The position numbers and the translations under genes were made by a program. A stretch of DNA of 64,000 nt from Shigella phage JK32. The notes below the pieces were generated by a model. The model saw only the letters and a program-made list of their open reading frames with translations, was not told the origin of the DNA and did no database searches. The DNA is taken from sequence record MK962753.1; one strand, given 5' to 3'. Positions 63,940-64,000 of the stretch are shown one piece after another (the stretch's first letter is position 1; every line of letters begins with the position of its first letter).

Positions 63940-64000
63940 GAAACCATAGCGAGTGATAATATCACTTGTCCAGTCATTCAGAGAACGAGCGGTTGAACGT

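Overview
This window is a contiguous block of the virion-morphogenesis (late) region of a T4-like myovirus (Tevenvirinae-type), identified by reading the ORF translations and comparing them from memory with phage T4 proteins. No database search was run. Gene order follows T4 closely: 57B-57A-1-3-2-4 (minus strand), then 53-5-5.4-6-7-8-9-10-11-12-wac-13-14-15-16-17-18-19-20-67-68-21-22-23-24 (plus), hoc/inh (minus), uvsW (plus), uvsY-25-26 (minus), 51-27-28-29-48-54 (plus), and Alt-like ADP-ribosyltransferases (minus). Several T4 late-promoter octamers (TATAAATA) and rho-independent terminator hairpins sit where expected. Against this conserved backbone, the main departures are: (1) the large terminase gene 17 is broken into two separately translated ORFs by an intein-like element with a short N-terminal piece, a nuclease-like insert and a C-terminal Hint piece, resembling a fractured gene with an atypical split intein; (2) a three-gene cassette with its own sigma70-type promoter and terminators, encoding an amino-methyltransferase-like protein, sits between genes 8 and 9; (3) a late-promoter-driven module of four fibrous or coiled-coil proteins sits between genes 23 and 24; (4) a plastic early-type region between 24 and hoc carries a DprA/SLOG-like protein, repeated intergenic motifs, a perfect palindrome and near-identical terminators; (5) hoc is duplicated and expanded; (6) two paralogous ADP-ribosyltransferases are co-transcribed with a lipoprotein. 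No tRNA, rRNA or CRISPR array was found.
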